NCBI GenBank assembly: GCA_029245145.1
Contig: JAQWPY010000005.1
Coordinates: 11,990 to 75,989 of the forward strand
Reading direction: 5' to 3'
DNA: 64,000 nucleotides
Source: Pirellulales bacterium
GTDB taxonomy: Bacteria; Planctomycetota; Planctomycetia; Pirellulales; UBA7805
A program made the translations under genes and the position numbers. A model generated the notes under the pieces. That model saw nothing but the letters and a program-made list of their open reading frames with translations, ran no database searches and had not been told where the DNA came from. Below, piece by piece: positions 1-9,278 of this stretch (within the stretch, counting starts at the first letter, position 1; each line of letters begins with the position of its first letter).

Positions 1-1023
1 ACCTGCTACAACCTGCAAACCGGGGAGATCCTCTGGTCGCATTCCACCGAGGCCCGCTACCAAAACAAGCTGGGAGGAATCGGTCCACGGAGTACGCCCA
101 CGATTCACGATGGCAGGGTTTACTCACTGGGCGTCACTGGAAAACTGCATTGCCTCGACGGATCGAGTGGGCAGGTACTCTGGCAAAAGGATCTTCCCAA
201 TGCTTTTGGCATCACATCGGCAGAAGATGCGAAAAATGTCGACTACGGGAGATCCAATTCTCCGCTCGTCTTCGGCACTTCGGTGATCGTTCCAGCGGGA
301 GGTTCTCAAAGCGAGGGCGTACATTCTCTTGTCGCATACGATTTGAAGACGGGCGAAGAACGCTGGCGCGGTGGTGATGCTCAAATCAGCTACAGTTCGC
401 CCTCCTTGGTCGAACTCTGCGGGCGAAAGCAAATCCTCATCGTGAATGAAGAAAGCGTTTCGAGCCACGATCCGCTGACAGGAGAAACCCTTTGGTCGCA
501 TCCGTGGCCGGGCAACAATCTGGCCAACTCCAATTCCTCCCAGGCTGTCGCGATTGATGGCGACAAAGTACTGCTCTCCAAAGGCTATGGTACGGGGGCC
601 ATGCTTCTGCAGATCACCAAGAACGACCGTTCGCAGTGGAAGGCTGAAGAAACCTGGAAGAAGCACAACGTTTTGAGGACAAAGTTTGCAAACGTCGTGA
701 TCCGCGGCCCATACACGTTCGGCCTGAGCGATGGAATCTTACAGTGCGTCGAAACGAAAAGCGGTCGCGTCAGGTGGAAAAAAGGCCGCTATGGTCACGG
801 CCAAATCCTTTTGGTGGGAGACAAAATTCTGGTTCTTGCCGAGGATGGTAAGGTTCATCTCGTGGCGGCTGACCCCAAACGGCATGAAGAATTGGGGCGT
901 TTTCAGGCAATCGAAGGAACCTCCTGGAACAATATCTGCCTCTATGGTCCCTACTTACTCGTCCGTAACTCGCAGGAAGCCGCATGCTATCGGTTGCCGA
1001 CGACGGGCGAGAGGGCGGAATAG
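1..1023 (+). CDS. PQQ-like / BamB-like beta-propeller repeat protein (5' partial)
   Basis: Frame 1 is open from base 1 (TCYNLQTGEILWSH...). Track ORF 283..1023 is its 3' part. Blade motifs recur: GEILWS, GQVLWQ, GEERWR, GETLWSH, GRVRWKK. Confidence 0.7.
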   Translation, partial: TCYNLQTGEILWSHSTEARYQNKLGGIGPRSTPTIHDGRVYSLGVTGKLHCLDGSSGQVLWQKDLPNAFGITSAEDAKNVDYGRSNSPLVFGTSVIVPAGGSQSEGVHSLVAYDLKTGEERWRGGDAQISYSSPSLVELCGRKQILIVNEESVSSHDPLTGETLWSHPWPGNNLANSNSSQAVAIDGDKVLLSKGYGTGAMLLQITKNDRSQWKAEETWKKHNVLRTKFANVVIRGPYTFGLSDGILQCVETKSGRVRWKKGRYGHGQILLVGDKILVLAEDGKVHLVAADPKRHEELGRFQAIEGTSWNNICLYGPYLLVRNSQEAACYRLPTTGERAE

Positions 1024-1050
1024 CCCAGCCACTGTCTAATCGGTAATTGT

Positions 1051-1518
1051 CTAACCGGTAATTTCCACCATCGCTTCCAACTCAACCGGTACGCCAAGCG
1101 GCAGACTCGCCACACCCACCGCACTCCGGATGCCGACCCCCTCCTCCTGACCAAAGACATCTCGAAAAAGTTCGCTGCATCCGTTGATCACCGCCGGTTG
1201 CATCGTGAAATCCGGGTCACAATTAACGAAACCGAGCACCTTGACCAACCGCACCACCCGATCGAGCGTGCCCAACTCCTCGCGCAAACTCGTCAAAATA
1301 GCCAATCCCGCTGATCTCGCCGCCGCAAACCCGGCATCGAGATCAAGATCGACGCCAACCTTTCCGACAATTAAGTTGCCACTCTCATCGCTCGGTAGGT
1401 GCCCTGAGGTCGCGACAATATTTCCTGTCACGATCACATTCCGATAGACCCCTTTGGGAATGGCAGGCGGTGGCAACTCGATTCCAAGCGCCTGCAGCCT
1501 TTCTTCGTGTGGCGGCAT
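1051..1518 (-). CDS. RidA/YjgF family reactive-intermediate deaminase
   Basis: ORF 1051..1542. The likely start is the internal MPPHEERLQALGIELPPP. The RidA-like core includes GHLP...G and a C-terminal VELEAMVEI. Its start lies 34 nt downstream of the hisG stop. Confidence 0.8.
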   Translation of the reverse strand: MPPHEERLQALGIELPPPAIPKGVYRNVIVTGNIVATSGHLPSDESGNLIVGKVGVDLDLDAGFAAARSAGLAILTSLREELGTLDRVVRLVKVLGFVNCDPDFTMQPAVINGCSELFRDVFGQEEGVGIRSAVGVASLPLGVPVELEAMVEITG

Positions 1519-1551
1519 CGAGACTACTCTCACAGAATACAAATGGTTAGT

Positions 1552-2436
1552 TCACTCAATCACTTTGTTGAGCGGGTATTCGACAATCCCCTCGGCACCC
1601 ACCGCACTGAGGCGCGGAATTATTTCTCTCACCACCGATTCTTCGACAATCGTAACGACAGAAACCCATTCGGCATCCGCCAAATCGGATACCGTCGGTT
1701 TCTTCATTGCCGGCAACAATAAGAGCACTTCTCCTAAATTCTGCTTGGGAACGTTGAGCATGAGTCCCACGCGATCCTCCGCCTTCATCGCTCCCTGCAG
1801 GAGCAGAGCAATGTCATCGATCTTTGCCCGCTTCCAGTCGTCGCGGTATGTATCGTGATTGGCAATCAAACGCGGCGTACTCTGAAGAACCTCGGCAACG
1901 ATTCGCAAATTATTTGCTCTTAGCGAGCTGCCCGTTTCTGTGACTTCGACAATCGCGTCAGCAAGTTTCGGGGGCTTCACCTCGGTTGCCCCCCAGCTAA
2001 ATTCGACATTCGCTTCCACCCCGTGCTGCTCGAGAAACCGGGTCGTCAGACCGACGGCCTCGGTGGCAATCCGTGCTCCGTTCAGATCTTGTATCGATTG
2101 GACGGGCGAATCGTTCGGCACGCAAATAACCCACCGGACCGGGCGCCGACTCACTTTGGAAAATACAAGCTCGGTCACCTCGTGAACATCGGCACCGGTC
2201 TCCATGATCCAGTCGTGACCGGTTAATCCGGCATCCAACACGCCCGCAGCAACATAGCGAGCCATTTCTTGCGCCCGGATGAGCAAACATTCAATCTCAT
2301 CGTCATCAATCGTCGGCACATAGCTTCGAGATCGAAAAGAAATCTTGTAACCTGCCCGGCGAAAAAGCTCCCCGGTCGCCTCCTGAAGACTTCCCGCAGG
2401 AATCCCTAGTTTCAATATATTTTTTTCATCGCTCAT
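1552..2436 (-). CDS. hisG: ATP phosphoribosyltransferase, long form
   Basis: 294 aa. The N-terminus [23 protein letters not shown] and a C-terminal regulatory-domain length are typical of long-form HisG. Confidence 0.9.
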   Translation of the reverse strand: MSDEKNILKLGIPAGSLQEATGELFRRAGYKISFRSRSYVPTIDDDEIECLLIRAQEMARYVAAGVLDAGLTGHDWIMETGADVHEVTELVFSKVSRRPVRWVICVPNDSPVQSIQDLNGARIATEAVGLTTRFLEQHGVEANVEFSWGATEVKPPKLADAIVEVTETGSSLRANNLRIVAEVLQSTPRLIANHDTYRDDWKRAKIDDIALLLQGAMKAEDRVGLMLNVPKQNLGEVLLLLPAMKKPTVSDLADAEWVSVVTIVEESVVREIIPRLSAVGAEGIVEYPLNKVIE

Positions 2437-2861
2437 TTGCGATAAACCTCCTTCGGGTCAAACACCCGTTCTCCTACAACCTCAAGACCCTCGGGGGTTT
2501 TTCTCCGGTAGAAGCAACTGCGATAACCGCGGTGACACGCCGCGCCACCGATTTGTCGTACCTTCAACAGAAGCGTATCGCGATCACAGTCGAAATAGAC
2601 TGAATCGACCTCCTGAATATTGCCGCTCTCTTCGCCTTTTCTCCACAGTTTCCCCCGCGATCGACTGAAATAAACGGCCCGACCCACGCGCAGTGTTTCC
2701 TCGTAGCTCTCGCGATTCATGTAGGCGAGCATCAAAACCTCTCCCGTTTCAACATCCTGGGCGATCGCCGGAAGCAGGCCATCCTGCCCCTTGGAAAAAT
2801 CGGGGAAATCTTCTGTTTCGGATGTCTCTGAAGTGCCCATGAGATTCGATCTATCACACAA
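2433..2861 (-). CDS. hisI: phosphoribosyl-AMP cyclohydrolase (monofunctional)
   Basis: Motifs LLPAIAQD...[37 protein letters not shown] and [13 protein letters not shown]. It overlaps the hisG start by 4 nt. Confidence 0.9.
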   Translation of the reverse strand: MCDRSNLMGTSETSETEDFPDFSKGQDGLLPAIAQDVETGEVLMLAYMNRESYEETLRVGRAVYFSRSRGKLWRKGEESGNIQEVDSVYFDCDRDTLLLKVRQIGGAACHRGYRSCFYRRKTPEGLEVVGERVFDPKEVYRK

Positions 2862-3016
2862 TCGGCAAGGGAGTTAGGCTTTAGTACCTCTCCAGCATAA
2901 CCTCCACGAAAAGCCGAAACTAGGTGGGCTTTTGCCGGTCTGCCCGATCAACACACACGCGACAGAACCGCTGTGACCGCCACGCACCGAAATGGAGTCA
3001 ACCGGGGAACATTGCT

Positions 3017-3784
3017 ATGCAGTTACAAGATCGCTCTTTTCTGATCACAGGCGGAGCTTCAGGCCTCGGGGCCGCTTGCTGTCGGGAACTGGTGACCGCA
3101 GGCGCGCGGGTGACGATTGCCGACGTGGACGAGAATGCGGCCGAAAACCTGCTCGCCGAGTGTCCCACCGGCGTTCGATTTATCCGGACTGACGTCTGCG
3201 ATCCGGAACAGATGAAAGCGGCGGTAGACTCCTGTGTCGAGTGGCACGGCCCCCTGCATGGAGTGATCACCTGCGCCGGTATCCTTCGCGGAGCGCGCGT
3301 GGTCGGACGCCAATCACCCCACGACCTGGAACTTTTTCGGCAAGTTGTCGATGTCAACTTGATCGGAACATTCAACGCAGTACGACTCGGCGCCACGGCA
3401 ATCGCAGATTCACCCACCGAGGAGGAGAGTGAGCGGGGGATCATTTTAATGACCGCCTCCATCGCTGCATGGGAAGGACAGATCGGTCAAGCGGCTTACT
3501 CAGCAGCAAAGGGAGGTGTCGCGAGCATGACGTTGCCCATGGCCCGCGAATTAGGTCAACATGGCATTCGCGTCGTTTCGATCGCACCCGGCATTTTCGA
3601 CACGCCCATGATGCAAGCCGTGAGCCCTGAGCTTCGAAAATCTCTGGAAGCTCAAATCCCCTTTCCCCCGCGGTTTGGGCGACCCGATGAATTTGCACAA
3701 CTGGCAAGGCAAATCATTGAAAACCGGATGATCAATGGCGCCGTACTCCGTCTGGACGCCGGAATCCGGATGCAGGCCAAGTAG
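3017..3784 (+). CDS. SDR family NAD(P)-dependent oxidoreductase (3-hydroxyacyl-CoA dehydrogenase type-2-like)
   Basis: ATG at 3017 gives MQLQDRSFLITGGASGLG (TGxxxGxG Rossmann motif). The catalytic YSAAK motif is present. Track ORF 2924..3784 starts at an upstream GTG. Confidence 0.85.
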   Translation: MQLQDRSFLITGGASGLGAACCRELVTAGARVTIADVDENAAENLLAECPTGVRFIRTDVCDPEQMKAAVDSCVEWHGPLHGVITCAGILRGARVVGRQSPHDLELFRQVVDVNLIGTFNAVRLGATAIADSPTEEESERGIILMTASIAAWEGQIGQAAYSAAKGGVASMTLPMARELGQHGIRVVSIAPGIFDTPMMQAVSPELRKSLEAQIPFPPRFGRPDEFAQLARQIIENRMINGAVLRLDAGIRMQAK

Positions 3785-3815
3785 TCGTGGGGCAGCCGTG
3801 CGACCGGTCGCTGGC

Positions 3816-4862
3816 TCAGAACCACCCTCGCTCTGAATACCAGTCGACCGTTTCCTGGATTCGCTGCTCGAGTGACGCAGCAGGCTTGAAACCAAGTTCT
3901 TGCTTAATGCGATCCGCAGAGCAAATCCAACTTCCCGCTACGCCTTCCCTCACCTTATCGAGAGAAAAGACGCTGGCACGCCCCCGCAAGCGGGCCAACA
4001 CACTCGCCATCCCTCCTGCCGTGCAAGCGATCATATCGGGCACGGGTAACTTGACCACGTGATCTTTGCCCATCGCCTTGCCGATCATATCACCGAGTTG
4101 ACTGTATCTTGGCGTTGCATCGTCGCAGACAAAGTAGCATCCCTGTCGAAAGCTCTCCTCAGTCGCATCGCGCGCATCGACGCGCGTTCCCCGATCGGCG
4201 ACCAGCATAATCGCGTCTGCCAAATCTTTTGCATGGACCAACGACATTTTCCGACGATGCCGCATCCCGGGGACCGGGTGGATACCAAATCGCTTGACAG
4301 GTCGAAACAAGTAAAAGCCGCTGCGGTCGCCGCCACCAAACACAAAGGGTGGTCGCAGAATTGTTGTCGGCACGCGATCAGCAAAAGATGCGGCAGCCAA
4401 CTCCCCAGAACGTTTACTCCGACCGTAGTGGGAAACCGGTCTCACCTCATCCGATTCGCTGCGAGTCTGCCCATCGATTGCCGTCCCTGCAGCCGCAATG
4501 CTTGAGACAAAAATCAAGATCGGGGGCGAGGTGATCTCGGCGCACGCCCTGGCGAGAGACTCGGTCCCTGCACCGTTTATTTCCTCAAACGTTTGACTCG
4601 ACAATGCCGTCATCAAGCCGCCCAGATGAATCACCAAATCTACATTTCGGACGGCATGTCCCAGCGCTTGAGGATCCGATAAATCACCGAGAAATCGCTC
4701 CACCCCGGGTTGCTGCAGCGTTTCACTTCGCTCCAGATCGCGCACAAGGCAGCGAACCTGCATGCCCGCTTGCAACAGATTTTCCAAGACATAGCTGCCG
4801 AGAAAACCGGTGGCTCCGGTCAAGAGTGCTCTCTGCATACGATTCGGCCCCTCCCGGTGCAT
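3816..4862 (-). CDS. NAD-dependent epimerase/dehydratase family protein
   Basis: N-terminal LLTGATGFLGSYV Rossmann motif and a YGRSK catalytic Tyr-x3-Lys. The start could be the second Met at 4838. Confidence 0.8.
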   Translation of the reverse strand: MHREGPNRMQRALLTGATGFLGSYVLENLLQAGMQVRCLVRDLERSETLQQPGVERFLGDLSDPQALGHAVRNVDLVIHLGGLMTALSSQTFEEINGAGTESLARACAEITSPPILIFVSSIAAAGTAIDGQTRSESDEVRPVSHYGRSKRSGELAAASFADRVPTTILRPPFVFGGGDRSGFYLFRPVKRFGIHPVPGMRHRRKMSLVHAKDLADAIMLVADRGTRVDARDATEESFRQGCYFVCDDATPRYSQLGDMIGKAMGKDHVVKLPVPDMIACTAGGMASVLARLRGRASVFSLDKVREGVAGSWICSADRIKQELGFKPAASLEQRIQETVDWYSERGWF

Positions 4863-5078
4863 CCGTTTGGTCGTGCCTTCATCTGCTGAAGGCCACAGTT
4901 GATGAAATCTTAAGATAGCCGCACACCACGAAGATGGCTATCCTTGATGACCGGTGGCAATCCCGATAGGATGCCTGCTTCGTAAACTTCCGAGTGCGCG
5001 ACCGGCCGAGCCCCCGATTGGCCGCTGCAAAAACCCGAGTACCGCGTTCATATCGTTCTGCGACGAAAGTTCCTACAG

Positions 5079-6341
5079 ATGACTCATCGAGAGGTGGTTC
5101 TCACCGGGTTCGGCATCGTCAGTCCGATCGGCATTGGCAAGGAAGCGTGCTGGAATTCCCTCGTGGAGCAACGGAGTGGCGCCGACTGGGTGCAGTCCTT
5201 CGATGCGACCACCGCCCGCTGCAGGATCGCAGCCGAAATTTTTGATTTCGAGCCCAAACAGTACATTCGCCCGCGAAAAAGCATGAAGGTGATGTCGCGC
5301 GACATCCAACTTGCTTTTGCGGCAGCGGAAATGGCGATGAACGATACCGGGTTGACCCCGGAACAAGGCGACCCTGAGAGAAAGGGTGTCATTTTCGGAA
5401 GCGATTTAATCTATACCGAAGTTGAATCGGTCAGTGATGGGTATCGCAGTTGCCTGCGTGAAGGGAATTTTGACTATGCACTCTGGGGGACGGAAGCTCT
5501 GGCCAACATGTCCCCTCTCTGGCTCTTAAAATATCTCCCGAATATGCCCGCCTGCCATATCGGGATTGCTCAAGATGCTCGTGGGGCAAATAATTCGATA
5601 ACCGTCGGCGATACGTCGAGCCTTCAGGCAGTGATCGAAGCTGCCCACGCTATCCAGCGCAATCAGCTTGATGTTGCGATTACGGGAGGAACCGGTTCAC
5701 CCCTTAACCCCACCGTTTATGACTTTCGCGGACGCGGCAGGTTTACCCAAAATGAAACGGATCCGACAAAAGCGTGTCGACCGTTCGACCGTGATCGAGA
5801 TGGCACTTTCCATGGCGAAGGTGCGGCAGCCTTCATCCTGGAGAGTCGGGAGCACGCAGAAAACCGCGGAGCGGACATTTTGGCAACCGTTGGCGGTGGT
5901 TGTAGCAGGTTTGCACCGAATTCAACGAATGACCGCAGCATCGCGATTCGAAACAGCATTGAGGGGGCCCTTCAAGAAGCCGGCCTGAATTCGGAAGAGA
6001 TCGATCACGTGAACGCCCACGGCATCGCGCTGAGGGAAGAAGACCAAGTCGAGGCCGAAGCCATCCACTCGCTTTTGGGCGATGTTCCAGTCATCGCACC
6101 CAAAAGTTATTTTGGCAATATCGGCGCCGGGGGTGGCGCCGTGGAGATGGCAGTGAGTTTACTCGCACTGCAGGAAGGAACGCTTCCGGTCTCCCTCAAC
6201 TACGAAAACCCTGATCCTCTCTGCCCGGTCAACGTGGTGAGCGGTTCGCCACGACCGATCGAAAAAAATGGAGTCCTGCTCCTGAATCAGGGCCGCGATG
6301 GACAGGCAGTCGCGGTTATCCTGCGGGCAAAAGAAAAGTAA
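5079..6341 (+). CDS. beta-ketoacyl-ACP synthase (FabF/KAS II)-like protein with substituted catalytic triad
   Basis: 420 aa with a thiolase-fold KS architecture: VVLTGFGIVSPIG, DVAITGG, VNAHG, GAVE. The position of the active-site Cys reads TVGDTSS (Asp codon GAT at 5610..5612). Confidence 0.85.
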   Translation: MTHREVVLTGFGIVSPIGIGKEACWNSLVEQRSGADWVQSFDATTARCRIAAEIFDFEPKQYIRPRKSMKVMSRDIQLAFAAAEMAMNDTGLTPEQGDPERKGVIFGSDLIYTEVESVSDGYRSCLREGNFDYALWGTEALANMSPLWLLKYLPNMPACHIGIAQDARGANNSITVGDTSSLQAVIEAAHAIQRNQLDVAITGGTGSPLNPTVYDFRGRGRFTQNETDPTKACRPFDRDRDGTFHGEGAAAFILESREHAENRGADILATVGGGCSRFAPNSTNDRSIAIRNSIEGALQEAGLNSEEIDHVNAHGIALREEDQVEAEAIHSLLGDVPVIAPKSYFGNIGAGGGAVEMAVSLLALQEGTLPVSLNYENPDPLCPVNVVSGSPRPIEKNGVLLLNQGRDGQAVAVILRAKEK

Positions 6342-6353
6342 ACGCAGCGCCCG

Positions 6354-9278
6354 TCACTGGTACCGCCGCATGCTCGCGGGGGAATCGCTCGGGCGACTCA
6401 CCTGAGCCGAGTAAGGCGCAGGGATTGCTGGGTTCGGAGTTGCCGAATCGCTTGAGACAGACGTAACGTTAGCTTGCTGATTCTTGACTTTACGATCCAA
6501 ACCGCGCGTAAACAGCTTGCCGAGCGGTCCGGTAAGCAGGGCGGGTAAAAAGATGAGGTCGCCGACCAGAGCAGCGGCCAACAGAAACATCATCAGGTAT
6601 CCAAAACGCTGTGTCGGGGTGAAGGTACTCAGGGCAAAGACGCCCAACCCCAAGCCACCGATCAGGGTGGTTTCAATCATAGCCGTTGCACATCGCTCAT
6701 AAGCCATGCGCACGGCCCCCCGTCGATTCAGTCCGCTGATAATTCCTCGACGGAACCAGGTGAGGAAGTGCACCGTATCGTCTACCGCGACCCCCATTGC
6801 CACGCTTGCCGTCATCATCGTGCCAATATCAATGAGCGACCCGATCCACCCCATGAATCCGAAAATGACGACAATCGGAAAAACATTGGGGATCATGGAA
6901 AGCAGGCCCGCGGTAGGCGATCGCAGGATGGCCATCATCAAGACGCAGATCAGCACGAAAGCCAAAAGAATACTGTTGACCAGTCCCACCAGCAGCGTCC
7001 GCTGGGCTTTGTAAACGAGTGGAACGACGCCCGTGTAGACCGGCCAGATTCCACCGACCTGTTCTTCTTCACGACTCGTCTGGAGCGGATCAAAAGCACG
7101 TGCATCGATGATGTTATTGGTATGTCGCTTGATGAAATCATACGCAACCGCAGGATGATCATCGACAAAGTAGACCAAGTCAAATTTATCGAAGTAATCG
7201 GCCGCTTTCGCATGTTTTTCTTCGGCACCAATGTACCGCTTCGGCGCCTCACCAGCCGCCGCCCGTTTCACCGGCGTTACTCTCACACCGGCCACACGGA
7301 GTAATTCGCTGAGCGTTTGCATCATCTCATCGCGAGGTTGGCGATCGCGTAGAGATGATTCTGTTTCCTCATGGGATGGTTCTGATTTGGAATCGCCGGG
7401 CATTCCCACCAGACAAACGCGTTTGCCTCGTAGCGTTTCCCCTGATTTTGCGATGGAGGAAACAATCCTTTCACGTTCGCGATACGCCGCCAGGAGCGGC
7501 ATCACGGAGCGACGAATTTCTTCAACGAATTGGCCGTAATCGACATCGCTTAAAGCCGGCAGACGGGCGCTGACGCGAAACAGCTCCTCGCTGCCATCCT
7601 CACGGAAATAATCCTCCTCCAAAAATTCCTGTCGATGATTTTGAAGCGCGGCATTGTAGCCGGAACGTTCCGCGAAAACTCCTAAGCTATTTGCCTGCTC
7701 TGGCAGTTCGGGTGCAAACGTGACCATGGAGAGGGCGCGGCCCACATCGGGAAGCTGTTCGATCCGGTGTTGAACTCGTTCCACCATCTCCATCCGCTCG
7801 AGCATTGAAAGTCGATAGTGACCTTCATCCGACAAAATCGGATCAGAACCTTGTCGCATCCTGGAGTGATCCATTCGCAACACCACTTCCATGGGGACGA
7901 GGTTACCCAGGTTCTCCTCGAGCCATGTGTAATTTCGAATGATGTTAGCGCCCGGATCAAAAAGCTTCATCAGCTGAACGGTCGTCTGGGTTTTTGCTAA
8001 TCCCACGCCCAGGACCACCAACATGATGCCGCAAAATATCGAGACCACTGCGTGGCGGTGGATGATCATATCGCCCATGCCAAGGAGCAAGCGAGAAAAG
8101 GGGGTGCTGTGAACCGCGCCCTGGGATGATGTGGTCTTCTTTTTCTTCCGCGGAGGCCACAATTGCAGCAGGGTCGGCAGAAGTACAAACAGCACGACGA
8201 GAGTAAAAAGCACTCCGTACGCCGCGTAAACTCCAAACTTACGGATCGGTATGACTTCGCTGGTAATCAGAGATCCTAAACCGAGCGCCGTGGTGACCGC
8301 CGCCAACGTGCAAGGAAGCCAACCGGCCCGCAGAGCGCGGCCAGGCGCACCCTCGAGACCCGATTCCTCCACCTCATCCTGGTAGTAATTCACTAAGTGA
8401 ATCGCGCCGGAGAGCCCCAGGACATAAACCAGCGAGGGTAACACCAGCAGCACAGCATCCATTAATCCGCCTGTGACATAAACAATCATCAGGCTGCATG
8501 CCGCACCGTAGACGCCACAGAAAAAGACCATGGCGGTCACCCGTTTACTGCGGAAACAGTAGTAGGAGAGACCGAGCCCCACCAACGCCGAAAGCCCGAC
8601 GAGTCGCATGAGCGTAATCTCACCCTCGTCGTCGATCGCCACATTATCGACCGGGGGACCGCCAATCCGCAGTTCCGATTTATCGAGGCCACACGAATCG
8701 GCGGCTATCTTGAACAGAAGCCCGTCTTCGCGACCCATCAAAATCTGTGTCAACGGCCAAGAATTGCCAAGCCCCGCACGTAAGTTATCTTCTGCCTCAT
8801 TGGTGAGCGTTGCCACCAGACAGGTTGTTTCGCCGTCCGGGCCCACCAGCGCACCTTGCATCCTCGCGAGCGCCTCTTTCTTTTTAAGTTTTAAGCTTCC
8901 CTTCGGATCGGTCATTTGCGCGAGTACTTCCGGCCCGGTAATCACGCTCTTGAAGAATTTCCGCTGAGGAAGATTCGCCGTTTCAGGCGTCATGGGAGGG
9001 ACCAGCGCATCGGCCAATTGTGGCACGCGCGGATCATCAAGCGTGCAACCGGGCCAACTGATCACCACAAACTGTTCGCCCAAAAACTGGTCGCGGAACC
9101 AGTCCAGTTCACGCGTCTCTTCAAACCCATCCGGCAGCCATGCCTTCACATCGTTCTTGTTATTCTCCAGTGCGATCCGCGCGCCGCGCATCACGATCGG
9201 CAGTAGAAAGATTGCCGCGAGTAGGAGCAAAAATGCGTTGCGTGTAAAAAATGCGGGTCTCTGCATTACCATACCCAC
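6354..9278 (-). CDS. MMPL/RND superfamily transporter permease
   Basis: 974 aa. It has an N-terminal TM helix, a large extracytoplasmic domain, a TM bundle, a second large loop and a second TM bundle. Alternative starts at 9272 or 9266 overlap the upstream stop (TAATG). Confidence 0.8.
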   Translation of the reverse strand: MGMVMQRPAFFTRNAFLLLLAAIFLLPIVMRGARIALENNKNDVKAWLPDGFEETRELDWFRDQFLGEQFVVISWPGCTLDDPRVPQLADALVPPMTPETANLPQRKFFKSVITGPEVLAQMTDPKGSLKLKKKEALARMQGALVGPDGETTCLVATLTNEAEDNLRAGLGNSWPLTQILMGREDGLLFKIAADSCGLDKSELRIGGPPVDNVAIDDEGEITLMRLVGLSALVGLGLSYYCFRSKRVTAMVFFCGVYGAACSLMIVYVTGGLMDAVLLVLPSLVYVLGLSGAIHLVNYYQDEVEESGLEGAPGRALRAGWLPCTLAAVTTALGLGSLITSEVIPIRKFGVYAAYGVLFTLVVLFVLLPTLLQLWPPRKKKKTTSSQGAVHSTPFSRLLLGMGDMIIHRHAVVSIFCGIMLVVLGVGLAKTQTTVQLMKLFDPGANIIRNYTWLEENLGNLVPMEVVLRMDHSRMRQGSDPILSDEGHYRLSMLERMEMVERVQHRIEQLPDVGRALSMVTFAPELPEQANSLGVFAERSGYNAALQNHRQEFLEEDYFREDGSEELFRVSARLPALSDVDYGQFVEEIRRSVMPLLAAYRERERIVSSIAKSGETLRGKRVCLVGMPGDSKSEPSHEETESSLRDRQPRDEMMQTLSELLRVAGVRVTPVKRAAAGEAPKRYIGAEEKHAKAADYFDKFDLVYFVDDHPAVAYDFIKRHTNNIIDARAFDPLQTSREEEQVGGIWPVYTGVVPLVYKAQRTLLVGLVNSILLAFVLICVLMMAILRSPTAGLLSMIPNVFPIVVIFGFMGWIGSLIDIGTMMTASVAMGVAVDDTVHFLTWFRRGIISGLNRRGAVRMAYERCATAMIETTLIGGLGLGVFALSTFTPTQRFGYLMMFLLAAALVGDLIFLPALLTGPLGKLFTRGLDRKVKNQQANVTSVSSDSATPNPAIPAPYSAQVSRPSDSPASMRRYQ

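Noticed and set aside
6354-9278. Calling the MMPL/RND permease a hopanoid transporter (HpnN).
   Set aside because: No squalene-hopene cyclase or hpn genes are in the window, and I cannot distinguish RND subfamilies by eye. I kept the generic MMPL/RND call.
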